DNA of 63,616 nt, filler included, from Choristocarpus tenellus KU-1152 (taxonomy: Eukaryota; Protista; Phaeophyceae), in the NCBI GenBank assembly GCA_964200185.2. It is 13 parts of 13 records of this genome, joined end to end, with 100 filler letters (N's around TTAATTAATTAA, not from the genome) between each part and the next. Parts side by side here need not be neighbours in the genome. Positions count along the whole stretch, not along the records: positions 1 to 5,568 come from CAXNAD020010398.1; positions 5,669 to 9,389 come from CAXNAD020018309.1; positions 9,490 to 16,575 come from CAXNAD020006730.1; 10 more parts are not named here. One strand, given 5' to 3'. The notes under the pieces are model-generated. The model saw only the letters and a list, made by a program, of their open reading frames with translations, was not told the DNA's origin and ran no database searches. Made by a program: the position numbers and the translations under genes. Positions 1 through 13,107 of the stretch are shown piece after piece; within the stretch, counting starts at the first letter, position 1, and the number at the start of each line of letters is the position of its first letter.

Positions 1-1504
1 GTAGAAGATGAAAGTTCTTTGCAGGCTGATTTGAAGCGGTCTGCTAGCCTATGCAAGGTTATTCTCGTGAGGGAATGGCTGAAGGAAGTTGATGGCAAAA
101 TAAGGTTGGAACGAACAGAAACTAGTAGTACTAGGAATTTCTCGTAGTTGTACGGGTAAGGAAGGCTTTAATCTAGGCGTTTTTAACTGCATCAGGGATA
201 ATTGCTCATTTGTGTTGCAGATCTTGCTCAGACAGTACTCATATTCTGTAATAGATAGGAGCCAAACCAGTAACACAACACAGTTGTTTTAGTGTTGTCT
301 TGATATTTGAGCATTGAGTTGGAATTTGCAATACCCACTGCTGATTTTTAATGTTGAGATAACTCTTCCCAACATCCTTTTCCTAGATCATTCCTCTGTG
401 CTTCTTGAGAGGTTCGTGGCAACTTCAACCTACTGTTCACCAGTAGTTGATAGTCTAAATTTTCCTGTGATAATTGAGTGCCTGTCCTTCCTGCTGTATC
501 TTACGCCACCTTTACTGTTGCTGTCACACTTCCTTAAGTTCATGTTGCCATTATATTCTTGAGGCACCTGTGCTGGTACTGGTTGGTAACAACTGTCCCT
601 TGGTCTCCTAGTGTATTTGCTGCCAGAAAAGTGCAGTTAGCACTTCCTTTTCTATTTTCCTGATGTGGTAAGACATGCCTATATACACCATGGTAATGAT
701 GATAAAGAATGAATAAGAAACACGCACCAAACCCTAACCCTAATGTTTGATGAGCACTTCTTCGTAGAATGGAAGCTTTGTTTTTGATTGAGGGGAAACA
801 GGTAATCCAGCACTCATTAGAGCATTATACATGATGATCTTTGGTCATCACGGTGTGGGTTGGTACCCTTACTAGTCAATCTTTCACACTAGTCTGGTGC
901 ACACTGTCTTTTGCGTGTTTGAATGCCTATATTAGAACCAAATGCTTCCTTGGATGAAAAGACTAGGGTTCACCCAGCAAAATGAACTGACCCGTTTGTA
1001 TATAACTGAAGTCACTTCCATCTTTGGGACCTCTAACCTGCCCTCATCCTCACCCTGCAATTACTCAAACCAAAGCTTGCGCGCCCCTGTTCTTCCTCAG
1101 TTATGGTCTTGGTGGTTAGTGCTGGTGAGTATAAAATTAAAATAGATCCAGTCTCTTTCTATCTCTTGTCTTTCGGGGATCTTCAACATCTCTCTGAAAA
1201 CTGAGTCTGTTTTTTTGTCTCTTCCAGTTATCTCAACCCTATCTGAACTCTCACCTATTTTCCTTTATTGTATCTTTATTTTATCTTTCATTTTATTTTT
1301 TCTACTGAAATAGGGAAAGGGCTTATGAAGCAATACAAGTTTTGTGAGTGTAAGAATTTAGAGTGGTAGACGTGTGCGGTTTTAGGTAAGTCTTTGCAGG
1401 AGAAAAATCAAAGAGGAGGTAAGGAGGGGAGATGGAAAGATAGAGACTGGATAGGATAGGATGGTTGGGGGGCGAACAATGCAATCAAGAAGTGAAAAGG
1501 AAAT

Positions 1505-1685
1505 GCCTCAAAGTATCTGGGGGGGGGGGGTGGCGACCGTCCATTTGGGGCCCATTTTTCTATGTTGTGATTTTTGTGTCATTTGGTTGCATGCATCGGA
1601 TGGATAATATAAGTGCACTTTTCCTGGTCAGGACCCGAATGGACATCCGGGTGTAGATTCCCCCCCCCCCAAGATACTTTGAGCC
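1505..1685 (+). mobile_element. MITE family A (about 180 bp), complete copy with 4-bp TSD AAAT
   Basis: TIRs are GCCTCAAAGTATCTG(n) and C(n)AAGATACTTTGAGCC. AAAT flanks both sides (1501-1504 and 1686-1689). No ORF. Confidence 0.9.
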
Positions 1686-3086
1686 AAATGAGTGAGTGGC
1701 AGGAGGAGTCAAGGAAGGAGGAATGGGGCAGAATGTAAGGTGTAAGGCAAAGGTGGAGTTTGGAGGACAAGAAGGGGCAGGATCAAGGCAACCGCTGAGC
1801 AATCTGCCCCGCCTGCCCACCCTCTTTCTTGATTGATGTCTTGATTGCTTTCATGATTGAGTAGGATGTTCGGAGGAGGGGGAAGGTGAAGTTTGTGCAT
1901 GGTCGATGTCTTCTAGTCCAAAGGCGTGGTATGGGAGTGAACGATTGGGGGGTGTTCTTGGATGAATGAATGTGGTGTTTGTAAACTGTTTTAGAATGGT
2001 GTGGTCTGGTGGAGAGTGTGGTTGAGGAAGGTGGAGTGGATTCTTGGAATGTTGCCGTGTTGGTTGGTGATTGGATGTGTGGAAATCAACCATATTGGAT
2101 ACGTGGAAAGTGATCTCTATGGTTGGGAACTGGATATGTGGGAAATGGCGGCATATAGGGTGTGGGGAGACAACAATGGGTAGTGTGTGGAGGGAAGGAA
2201 GGACTGGCGTGGCGTTGGTTGAGGGGGAGTAGAGTGGATGGAAGGCTAAGACAAGGCTAACTAACTAATCCAGGATTGGTGAACAAAGCAAAATACTGTT
2301 TCTGAACATGCTTCTATCTTTTGTTTGTGTTGACAACAGTGGATTTTTTGGCTGTTTGTAAGGTAACAAGAATTCAACCATGAAGATGTTCAAATGTGGG
2401 CAGGTGGTGACTTTATCTCACTCAGGCTGTGTGTATGTGACTGATTCATGTTCTGATTCTTGATTTGACACGAGGATTTTTGATGAGCTTTTTCAAATTC
2501 CACACGTATTGCTTGATGCTGTGTATCCACAAAATGAGAAAATTGAGATTTTAAAGAAACTGGTTGGACATGGTGTAACAAATTCAATTTGTGTTAGGTT
2601 CTTGGTCTTTCAAGTCAAGCAAAACCTTGGTGCATGAATCAGTTGCATGTAGTCAGAGAATGAGATGCCCATGTGTGTGATTTCTCGACAACCAAGTTTT
2701 ATTGATTGCCATTCCGTACAAAACAGCATTTTCTATTATATGGTTTTGACATCTCCCTGAAAACTGTGACTCCTACCCTATCCATTTTCCGTCATGTAGC
2801 TCCTCTTCTTTTTTATATTCTTCCACCAAAAAAATCCAGTTACTGGACAGAATAACCCCCCCCCCCCCGAAGGCATTATCTTGTACACTGCACTTCCTTT
2901 TTTTTCTTTGTCTAGATTATTTTTCAGTTTTGTAGGACCCCCAAACGAGTTTGGTGTGATCAGCTAGGTACTGGCCAATATTTTCGTTGCTGTGAAACAT
3001 TGAATAGTTTCCGCTGCATGCCTTACAAAGAACAAGTCAACTGATATAGCAATATTTTGGATTTGGGACCTACTACAGCTATTAAC

Positions 3087-3266
3087 GCCTCAAAGTATCT
3101 GGGGGGGGGGGGGTGACAGCTGTCCATTTGGGGTCAATTTTTTCATGTCCCGATTTTTGGATGATTTGGTTGCATACGTCAGATGGATAATGTAAGTGCA
3201 CTTTTCCTGGTTTGGGGTCAAATGGACACCCTGGTGTAGACCCCCCCTCCCCAGATACTTTGGGTC
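3087..3266 (+). mobile_element. MITE family A, complete copy
   Basis: GCCTCAAAGTATCTG(n)...C(n)AGATACTTTGGGTC, with the same interior as 1505-1685. No matching TSD. Confidence 0.9.
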
Positions 3267-5523
3267 CACAATATTATTAGGGTTCCAGTTTAATTGGCAG
3301 TGTGGTAAGAACTATGGATAAAATTCTTGGCAGTTATGTTTGGATTGTCTGTATTATGTTATTATGATTTTGACATTGTATATGATTTGTCAGGAGGGGA
3401 AAAAAAAAGTATATGTGTGTGTGTATGTGTGAAGGACTACTATTGTAGAGTCATTAATCTAAGACAGCTCCCACAATATATGCACTATTGAAAACTAACA
3501 ATGCAGCGATATCCCCTTTAAGACTGTTCTGTACTAAGTTGTATACACTGCTGTGCTTCCAACCTAGCGTACCCCTACGAAGGCAGGTGAGAAACTAGGG
3601 AAACATCCCAAGATTCTGCCAGACCCCTTCTTCTTGCCCACCTAGTCAGTGTCTCTACCTTGAAGTTGTTATTAGGCCTTCTGACATTCTGCAGATATGG
3701 TGGGGGTGGGTGGGTGGGGGGGGGGGGGGAACCAAACCCAACCAAGATGCCGGGGAATTCTGTGTGTTGGAGGGCCACAGGGGGTTGCTTCTGCGACCTC
3801 CNNNNNNNNNNATCTTTTTTTTGTTTTTTTGCTTTTTGTGGTGGAGATGGGGGGGGGGGGGGGGGGGGGCGGGGGGGGGGGGGGGGGGAACCAAAACCAA
3901 TCTATATGACAAGGAATACTGTCTGTTGTAAGCGCAATGGTTGTTGATTCTGAGACCTCCCTAAAATAAGTACTATTTGAGAACAAACATAAATATTTAG
4001 GACGTTTTGTTGGTGACAAATACGTAGAGCATTATACTGATCCACCAACCTCTGATTTCTCACTGGGCGGAGAGTCAGAAAATTTCCTGATAATAAGTAG
4101 GTGGGGGGGACCGGCCACTAATCGCCCCCAATTTTCTTTTGCGCGCTATTCTTCACCTGTGATCCTTTTTTTTCTGTATTAAGAAAATAATAATCAAGAC
4201 TCTAGAGATTCGACCTTAAAATAGGAAACCGTTTGATTTACGTTGCCCATCTGATTTCATTTCAAAGTGCTGTTGTACCAAGGTTTGTCATACACCTGGT
4301 GAGGGCTTGTCCAGTCTTGGACAGCACAAGGGCTGGAGAAGGGAGGGTTGAAGTTTCTCAGTACCATTGATGAAGTTGGCCAAATTCACAAAGGTGGTGT
4401 CTCTAGGTGGTTGGGAAGGGGATGTGAGCTTTTCCTCTGGGCAGTTCACTTTTTGTCAGTCTATAGAATGAATTCACGTGACACTGACTCCAACCATATC
4501 CGGTGTTTCTATCTATGCATTGCCATCTCTCAAATCTGGCCCAATCCCTCCAGAACTCCGCTCATTGAGACGGCAATAGTTTGAACGACACTTAGGGAAA
4601 GCATTATCGTCTGGTGGCAAGAAGTAGTTACGATACATTCCTATGAGCTCAGTGGTGCTGTTTGCAGTGTCTTGATGCCACAACTTCTCTTGTTTTCAGT
4701 CCTGGACTGACTACCGCCCATGTTGTCCAACATGCTGGAGATGTCTTTTGCACTACCCTAGCTCCATGGCTTATTGGTGTTGGGTGGAAGCTCTAAATCC
4801 GGTGCTGTATGTGTGGGGTGAGACGGGTGTGACCAGATGCACTGGAGGTCGGGGAGGGAGGCAAGGCATGAGGCAGGCCGTGGCTGCTGAATGCAATATA
4901 TTTTTTACATCAGCAGAAGGTCTAGAGGAGTATCAAAGAAGTGGAGGGTGAAAGAGGTAAAGGTGGGAGACACATTGTGCAAGACGCCATGGTATCTACA
5001 CAGTTCTTACTTCAAGGTGAAAAGTCGACGAAGCTGCGTGAAAAATATTAATAATGGCAAGAGAGATCCCGAACTCTTGAGGACGAGGATGACGAATGTG
5101 GGGAGGAGGGGGGGGGAAGCACCTGAGCCTGTTGTGCACCACCACAACACTGACACACTGAAATGACCGCCTTGCTCGCACTTGTGTGACTTGCTCATAT
5201 TATTGAGGATGTACTTGATCTTGGGCAAGACAAATAGAGATACAACAAAAGACATCAAATGCAGGTGTAGCCCTGTGTAGTGCTACAGATATTGCCTGAA
5301 ACCACAAGGCTGTTCACCCAGTTGTCACACACCTTGCTGAGGGCTTTTTCTACAAGTAGTGGAGATAATCATTCGCTTCCTTACAGAGATGGGGTTTTCC
5401 CATAATTCAAACTCACCAAGTTAGGACTTCCTCAACCCCTCACTCTCATAGCAACGGCATTTGCACCATCAAGTTCATAGTTTGAATCCGTCCAGAAGTG
5501 GATAGGGGGACCACAACAATTAA

Positions 5524-5568
5524 CAGTCGATTTCAAGAATTGAGGATGGAGCTTTTCATTGAGGATGG
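5524..5568 (+). repeat. Dispersed repeat family E terminus (CAGCCGATTTCAAAAATTGAGGATGGAGCTTTTCATTGAGGAT)
   Basis: Near-identical 45-bp sequence also at 55487-55530 and 57773-57818. Two of the three copies sit at contig ends. Probably the end of a DNA transposon. Confidence 0.75.
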
Positions 5569-5668
5569 NNNNNNNNNNNNNNNNNNNNNNNNNNNNNNNN
5601 NNNNNNNNNNNNTTAATTAATTAANNNNNNNNNNNNNNNNNNNNNNNNNNNNNNNNNNNNNNNNNNNN
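5569..5668. other. Artificial contig-joining linker (N44-TTAATTAATTAA-N44), first of 12
   Basis: The same 100-bp linker, with stops in all six frames, occurs at 5569, 9390, 16576, 23222, 26215, 33216, 36061, 40704, 48959, 54727, 57819 and 60575. There are also 10-N scaffold gaps at 3802-3811 and 28091-28100. Neighbouring contigs are not necessarily linked. Confidence 0.98.
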
Positions 5669-7199
5669 CCCCCCCCCCCCCAGATACTTTGACCCTATTT
5701 TGGAAGTAACTGTTGTAGTTAGTAGGATGCACAACCTGGATGTTAGGTCACTTCATATTTATTTTTCGAGAGGCAAGGTTACAGTTTGTATTTCAATCTT
5801 CACTGCATCACTGGCAAAGTCTTTGAAACCTATTGATGCTGTGTGATGTGTTGGAAAGATTAGGACCGTTGCATTCTACAGATATAATTTTCTTTTGCAG
5901 GGGCATCCTACGGGTTGCATAGTTGAGCCTAGAAGTTGACATTTTGTGATTGCCGATAAGGTTGGGAATAATCTCGACCTGTTAATATCCAATGGAGCAA
6001 TGTATCCTCCCTTGTGGTACCTAGGGACCAGACTGTACGCAGCTCGAGGTGTTCTGAGATTCACATGATTCAAAGCCACGCACGAAATGCGAGTGATACC
6101 TTAGATAGATTTCACATTTGATAACTTTTTTTGTGATGGGCCGGATCCTTGAAGAGATAGTGAGCCTGAAAGAACTCAAAACACTTTAATGCTTTTATTC
6201 TTCAGTGACCCGAGCATTAGTGAACAAGGACTGGAAGGCCGGTCCTACACTGTATCATGCACAATACATATTATTTGATGATTGCTATGAGCAGAATAAT
6301 GCACCAAACATCTGTGCTCTACAAGTTACTTCAAAGTACCACATTGTTGAACCGACAGCAAATGTTTGTATTTCTTTCATCCTGTATTGCTCCCAATAGC
6401 TCCACCTATACCAACACAAGCCTCTTAATCTTCACTTTGCGACCATATTTTTTTCCTTTAAAATATTGAAACATTGCTGTTTCCCCAGCAATGTGCAATC
6501 TCCAACGCATTCCAAATATTGAAAAACACCTGCAACAATTTCATACATTGTGCTACCTATGGGAACTCAATTTCCCATTAGTACCACCTGATGCCCTGTG
6601 TCCTCAGCATGCACCTCGTTGTGTTTTTTAAAAGATCTATTTGGACTAAAATGTTAGTCGTTATATTTCTACATGCTAGTTCTGTAAAGTATCTTTGTGG
6701 AGCAGAGTTTTAGAAATTGTGCTAAGGCCACTGTCGTGGGGTGGCATGGAGCACCATTTCCTTTTTTTGCACACTTTAGATGTGTAATTATAGAATCTCC
6801 AAAACAAAAATGATTTTACTGAGAAGCTTGGTAGCGTCATCGTCGCCCTCTCAATAGCACAACAGCATCAAGCTACCTAGTCTCTTCAATTTATGATAAT
6901 TATTTAGAGCAGGATTTTTCATTGCTCTAGGCAGTTAGCATGGCAGGGGTCTAGGCCATGACTGCAGGCTGACCCTTGGGTTGGACATGTACAAAAATAG
7001 GAAATAGTATGGTGTACCCTATTTTGTGTATGTGAAGATTATGACGTTGGATTGACTCCATGTGATGTAACTAATGAGATACATACACCTGGAATATGTA
7101 TGGAGTTTTGTATTGCAATTAAAAGTTGCTGACATAACCATTAACTTACATCTGAGGCACAAATAATAATGTACAAGCAATTTGAAGACACCTCCCAAG

Positions 7200-9330
7200 G
7201 TCACTCTTCTTTTCAACCATTTAAACATATTCAGCAATGGGGAATCGTGTCAGGCTCCACACCTTCTTGTCTCCATTACTGATCAAATAGCAATACCTCC
7301 CAAGGTTATTGCAGTTAGGAGCCTCAATGGTATGAAGAATGACATGAAGAAGTTGCCCATCTGGACTGGAGCACCGTGGCAATCAGTCGAGACCTGGACA
7401 ACATAGTCTGTGACTTAACTATTTTGAGACACAAGGTAGCATTTGAAGCTTGATGGAGATTCTCTGTGGTGGGTTACACTGGTGGAAAGGGTCTGTAAGG
7501 GATTCTGTGGTAAAAATAGGTCGTCCCTGAACTCATGGAGACTCCAACGGAACAGGAACAAAGAGTATGCGAGAACTATGAAAAATAGATTCAATGGAGG
7601 GCTCATGGAGGTTGAGATCCCCGTGCAGCTCACATGGAAGATGCACAGAGGACGAGATCCCCATGCAGCTCATCACAAGACCCGATAAAAGCTGCAAGGA
7701 GCTGAAACGGGCAATAGCCTCATCGTCATTCCAACAAAGTCAACCTGCACCTTAAGCAAAAATGGGAAGCTGGAGTCCAAGGAGACATGGGATATGGTCC
7801 TGTCGATAATGAGCCGGAACTGTAGATCAAAGGTGATACTTCAGGATGTACTTTGGAATACCATGCCGAATATTGAGCACTAGGACCCTGTGACAAGATG
7901 ACGGAGACAATCGAGGCAATGCGTCCAGAGCTGCAACTGTGAACAAGTCTGCACCAGATGGACCTGGAGCAGTCGTCACCATACTTGTCCCTGAGGGGGC
8001 ATGCCCATCAATTGGAGACCCCAAGATTCTTGCTTACAGAGTGTGAAAAGCAATTGCTGTAACCGCCACAAGGGGAGCAGGAGATCAGCAGGAGCAGTAA
8101 AGTAACGAGGCCTCCACCAGAGAGGAAAGGAGCAGCTATATCTGAGGTGCTTGCTGTGATGGCACACCTCCATAACCCCCAACTGGTCTGGAAGAGGGCT
8201 AGAGTTAAGCCTCCAACTCCTGAGGGAGAAGGAGTCAAGCAACCAACCCTTCTACGGTAAGGCATTGCTCCTTCCAAGGCGGTTGCCACAATGGCAGACC
8301 TTAAGGACTCTTGCAGGGAAGGTTATTGGCAAAGGGCTGCCTCCAAAAGACTTGTAAGTCTGGGGAGTAAGTACAACCTACTCCAGACCATCAAGAACCA
8401 TCTTCATCAGATGCGCCCTGGCAAGGCAGGTTGTCAGCAAAGGGCTGCCTGCATAAGACTGGTAAGTCTGGGGAGTATGTACTATCTACTCCAGACCATC
8501 CAGAACCATCTTCTATACCAGAGGCACTCGCAGGGCCTGACGTGTGAGAATAGCAAGTGGTGATGGAGAAGATGGATTGACAATGGATAAAGGGAACATT
8601 CATAGAGGGAGAGGTTTTGCCTTTGGGAAGAAATCCTGTCAAGACTAAGTCCGAATTTAAGAAAACGTCAACAGCCAAGGGGACCATTGAACAGTTCAAG
8701 GTCAGGTTGGTGTCACAGGGCTTCACTCAATGAGAGGGTATGGAATACTTCAACACGTTCAGTCCAGTGGATTATATAATGACAGTGCTGGTGACACCAA
8801 CAGCTCTGAGAGAACTAGATCGCACTGCTTCATCACCACACAGGCACCACTAGAATGGACTACAACATGTATTGCATTATGTTACAGTCTCCACCAATGT
8901 GAGGATACTCTATCCCACTGAAAGAGAGAGGGAGACAACAAAGGGCTCATAGGTTATGGGGATTCAGACTAGGCCAACAATCCTATATTGAGACGGAGGA
9001 TCATAAGAAATCTACTCCTATCCAATGGAAGAATGAAACACTTGTGTGAATGTCTGATGGGCAAAACTTCAACTATGATAGGCTTCGGGCCTGGGGGAGT
9101 GAGTGCTACCTCCACCAAGAGAAACTGGTGAGGGGAGCTGGTTCAAATTTCACCTATATGCCAAGCGAGGGACTGTCACAGGACACGATCGTACAAAACT
9201 GTGTTGGTAGATCTGAAGAAGCAGGTAGAAGACTTTGTAGATGCTGTCTTGATAAAATGAATGTTTTGTGAGAGAGTTGAAGCAATCTGTGTTCTTTTAC
9301 TTCCACTCTCATGGGGGAGTGTGCAGAATA
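7200..9330 (+). mobile_element. Highly degenerate Ty1/copia LTR retrotransposon remnant
   Basis: RT start at about 8500-8770 reads EPSSIPEALAGPD...GTFIEGEVLPLGRNPVKTKSEFKKTSTAKGTIEQFKVRLVSQGFTQ*EGMEYFNTFSPV. RNase H-like GYGDSD*AN at about 8950. Post-integrase-like YDRLRAWGSECY at about 9075. Many stops and frameshifts; boundaries approximate. Confidence 0.7.
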
Positions 9331-12224
9331 GTATACAAAGTAAGGTGATATGTAACCGAAAGCAACCCAAAGTATCTGGGGGGGGGGGGNNNNNNNNNNN
9401 NNNNNNNNNNNNNNNNNNNNNNNNNNNNNNNNNTTAATTAATTAANNNNNNNNNNNNNNNNNNNNNNNNNNNNNNNNNNNNNNNNNNNNCAGAAGGTTGA
9501 CAAAAAAAAAAGAGTCAAAAGGGCCGAAGTAGAATCCCCTCCGTGAGACAATGACTCGTTGACCAGATCAAAGGCAGGCAGCAACATAGCCTTCATTCAC
9601 CGCAACCACCAGAAACACAAAACCAAGTGCAATCTATATGAGCAGGAAAGCATGTAATCCAAGGTGGCGAAGAAGGAAAAGCTAGAGCTGTTGTACGGGT
9701 GATCGAGGAGGGATCAGCCATTACATGTTGTCACCGAGTCTCCTACCCCAGACAAAAATTGAGCGCATCATTCGCACATGCACAATAAAATAGCAATAAA
9801 TTTCTTACCTAGTGAGCAGAAACAGGAGTGTGGATCATAAGATCTACGCAGGCTTCTTATTACCCACATGTGCTGCATCTCTGATGCTGCATCCAGCAAG
9901 GATATGACAAGGTGCTTCCTCGGGTCTTTACGGGGATGAAGGAGAGTTCTGTCGAAAGGTTGAAGAATCAATGCAGCAAATACTCAAAGCCGGGGTGTCT
10001 TGGACACTTCTTGTTGCTTTCACAACTTTACCTCGCTACTATTGCCACAGTCCGAGTACTATGCTGCTACTGTCACTCTGATAGTGAGGGACTCCACTAG
10101 GATTGAGCTCCTCAGTCTCTCGACAATACCTTTTCCTGGCAAATAGACTTCAGGTGACATCAAGTTCTAGATTGAATGTTGGTCAGTGCTGTGTTGTGCT
10201 CCCTAAGGGTTGCAACTTATATCGGTATGTTTCCGTGTATGGTTTTGTAATTCTCAGTTAGTTATACGTTTCTTGTGGGTTAGTGTTACTGAGTGGTATG
10301 TTGCGACTAAACACTGCTTAAATACCATTTCGTAATAACGTAACACCTAAGCCCGTAGGAACCTTTTGAACGTTTGCACTTCCACATTCAATAAATAAAC
10401 ATTTTGGTCGTAGTGAGTGCTTAGTGAGGAATTTGGAGGTAGTCTGCAGTTTGACGACGTTACTAGAAGAGCTTAATGAATTTGCTTTGAGGTATTCACT
10501 ATTTTTTATATGTGAGAGTCATCTTCCACATAAGGTATACCCTGAAGGTAACTATCTTGAACATTATGATATTCATTTGACATTTGTTCTTGCATGTTGA
10601 AGATAACATCTGCTTGAAGTAAGATCGGGTTCGGGTGGTTTGAGGGGACCTTACAACCCCCCCTCGTTCAGTTACCACCTCAACACTCTTTTCCTGAGAG
10701 ATCTTCTGAGGGATTGCTCTCCCTTTTTGCCTTGTCTCTCTTTGATCTTGCCTCCTGTGGGTCTTCCTGCTCCCCTTCATCACGAAGAACCTGTCGGCTT
10801 GTTTCCATCTGTTTCACATATATACTCTTTTCTCGTTTTCATGTGTTGATTAATTACTAATTCAAACCATGTTCTATTTTTTTGCAGTACCACAGTTGCA
10901 CCGGTCAATCAGTCAAATTGGTATTTTAACACAAGTTCGAATCACAGAAAGTACAAATATGTAAGTGTTGGCACCTAGTCTGTCTCTACCCTGCTACCAA
11001 GTCTTTGCTTCTGATCGGAATCGCCTGAACACGAGTCCTTTATTCAGCAGTTTCATGGGTGAGAGAGTGGAGCCTTGTAACATCTTCCTTGCCGCAACTG
11101 TTGTACAGGGAGGAGACGTCTTCAACACACTGGGACACCTGAACGCGCTGGCAATATATTCTGCCAAAAATCAACGCTTTAGTGGTGTCAAGGTTTGGTG
11201 TTAACAGGAAGAAGGGCATTAGGAGGAACCCATCAGGCAGGAAGCTTCAAACAGAGTACAACTGGGAATGGTAGCAGGAGTCTTTACCCACTCTGCAGTA
11301 AATAAGAATTAATCCATTGTGCCCAAGAAGAAGAGAGTCACAAGAGAGACGGGAGGAGCAGAAGGGGATTAATAAACTGAATTCTGTGAGCTACAATTTA
11401 TTTTTCTACGCAGCAACGATTTGAATACGAAATCGGATAGGTAACGCTTTGAGTTTAATCGTGTTTTATCATAGTTGTATAGGCCCTGACAACCACGTGA
11501 GGTCGTTGAATACTCAAACCTTTTTAGCTTAGGCAATGTTTAGGTAGTCTGTTGAATGGATGTCGATAGAGTCCCTGGTCCTGGGCTGTGTAGGGGTTGT
11601 GTAGGGGCAGGGTGTATTTGGAGTGTCTCATATATCAGATATCACTTTTGTGTTGAAAAAAAAGGTTGTTTTTCTTCGATAATTTACCCAACTACAATAG
11701 AAGACCTGCATGTTGAATATAAATAAGGGAATCATAAGGTTAATGTAGCCCTTCCAATTAAAAATCAAAGGATAACGAAAGCTTCGTTTCCAGTCTTCGA
11801 CAGCAGAGGGGACGGATTGAGGGAGGGTTGAAGTATCTCGACACCATCAATGAAGTTAGCCCTAATAAAATAGGTCGTGGATGTAGGTTTATTCTCCTGG
11901 TGATGGACTTTTTGTTTGTCTAGAGAGGACGAACGCGCCTGAAGTTGGCTCCTACTTCATCCTATTTCTTTACTTTGCCCCCACAGTTAAAATAGCTTGT
12001 TCCCTCCAGGTGCTCGTTGGGGTTGTAATATTTTGAAGGACTGTAGGAATTGTGCGTCCTCATCATCATGGCTCAGTGATTGAGGCGAGGGTTACCTGCA
12101 TCAGTTTAACAGGTTTGAACCCCTTCGACGCCACTCTTCTTTTCAAAATCTATTTTCCACAATGCCATTCCATGCGGCAAGCACAACGAAATATACGCCT
12201 GTACTATCCTATCTATGTTACAGG

Positions 12225-12392
12225 CGAATGGCGGGAGCATTTCTTCGTGTGTTCCAACCAAGTGCGAGCATTTTTTACACCCGAATAGCGCGAGCATTTC
12301 TTCCCACGTTTTAGCAAACACGAACATTTGTGACAGACATATAGTGCGAGTATTATTTCCCGCGTTCTAACAAATGCGAACAATATACGATA
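12225..12392 (+). repeat. Degenerate tandem repeat, 3 x about 57 bp
   Basis: GCG(C/G)GAGCATTTCTTC..GTTC.AAC.AA.TGCGA.CA recurs with its GAG at 12235, 12292 and 12348. A partial copy lies at about 13993. Confidence 0.7.
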
Positions 12393-12846
12393 CTAGTAAC
12401 ACAATAGGTAGCCTTACAGAATAAATTATGATTTGATAGAAGATAGAGAGCAAGATTCGGAATGCATACGTAACATTTGTCAAAGTCCCTAAGTAGTTGC
12501 AGAATAAAGGGTTATGACTGGAGTACGTGTAGAGCAGTTGCATACAAGACCAAAGAAATTGGGTGGATGAAGAAAATAATAAGAGGGCTTTTGGTCACAC
12601 CAACACCCCTTTTTGCCTCCAGTCCTTACGTTTTATCTTGAACGAAACTTTGAGTCGAGCTTTGAGCTAAGCACTGAGTGGAATATCAAGAAGAGAAGGA
12701 CACCTGACACCCTACAAACTGTTATCAAGGGCAACGCAGCGTCGTTTTAAGGTCGTTGGATTTGAGTTGTACATCCTGTGGATGTGAGTTCTGAGGGGCA
12801 CGCTGTAACATCTATGCTACAGCACAAAAATATCGAACCTAGATCA

Positions 12847-13107
12847 AAGTCAAAGTATCTTAGAGGGTAAAGCCACGTTTAGTTGGGGGTCAAAATCCAA
12901 CGTTGCGATTTTGATGTAATTTTGACTATCGTGTTTGTTAGGAAGTGTTAATATATCGTTGTTCCAGATATAACTTTTCATAACGTACACATTATACCTA
13001 CTCCGAAATGTTTCGGAGTAGACAAAATGTAATAAAAAACCCTTGAGAAGCCAAGTCCTAAACGGACAAACAGAGCAATACTCGTATCCTCTAGGATGTT
13101 TTCACTC
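12847..13107 (+). mobile_element. MITE family B (about 260 bp), complete copy with 4-bp TSD ATCA
   Basis: AAGTCAAAGTATCTTAGAGGGTA...TATCCTCTAGGATGTTTTCACTC. ATCA at 12843-12846 and 13108-13111. Confidence 0.9.

Noticed and set aside
3575-4019. Poly-Gly/poly-Pro ORFs (also 27776-28301)
   Set aside because: They derive from G/C homopolymers beside 10-N gaps and are possibly low-quality sequence.
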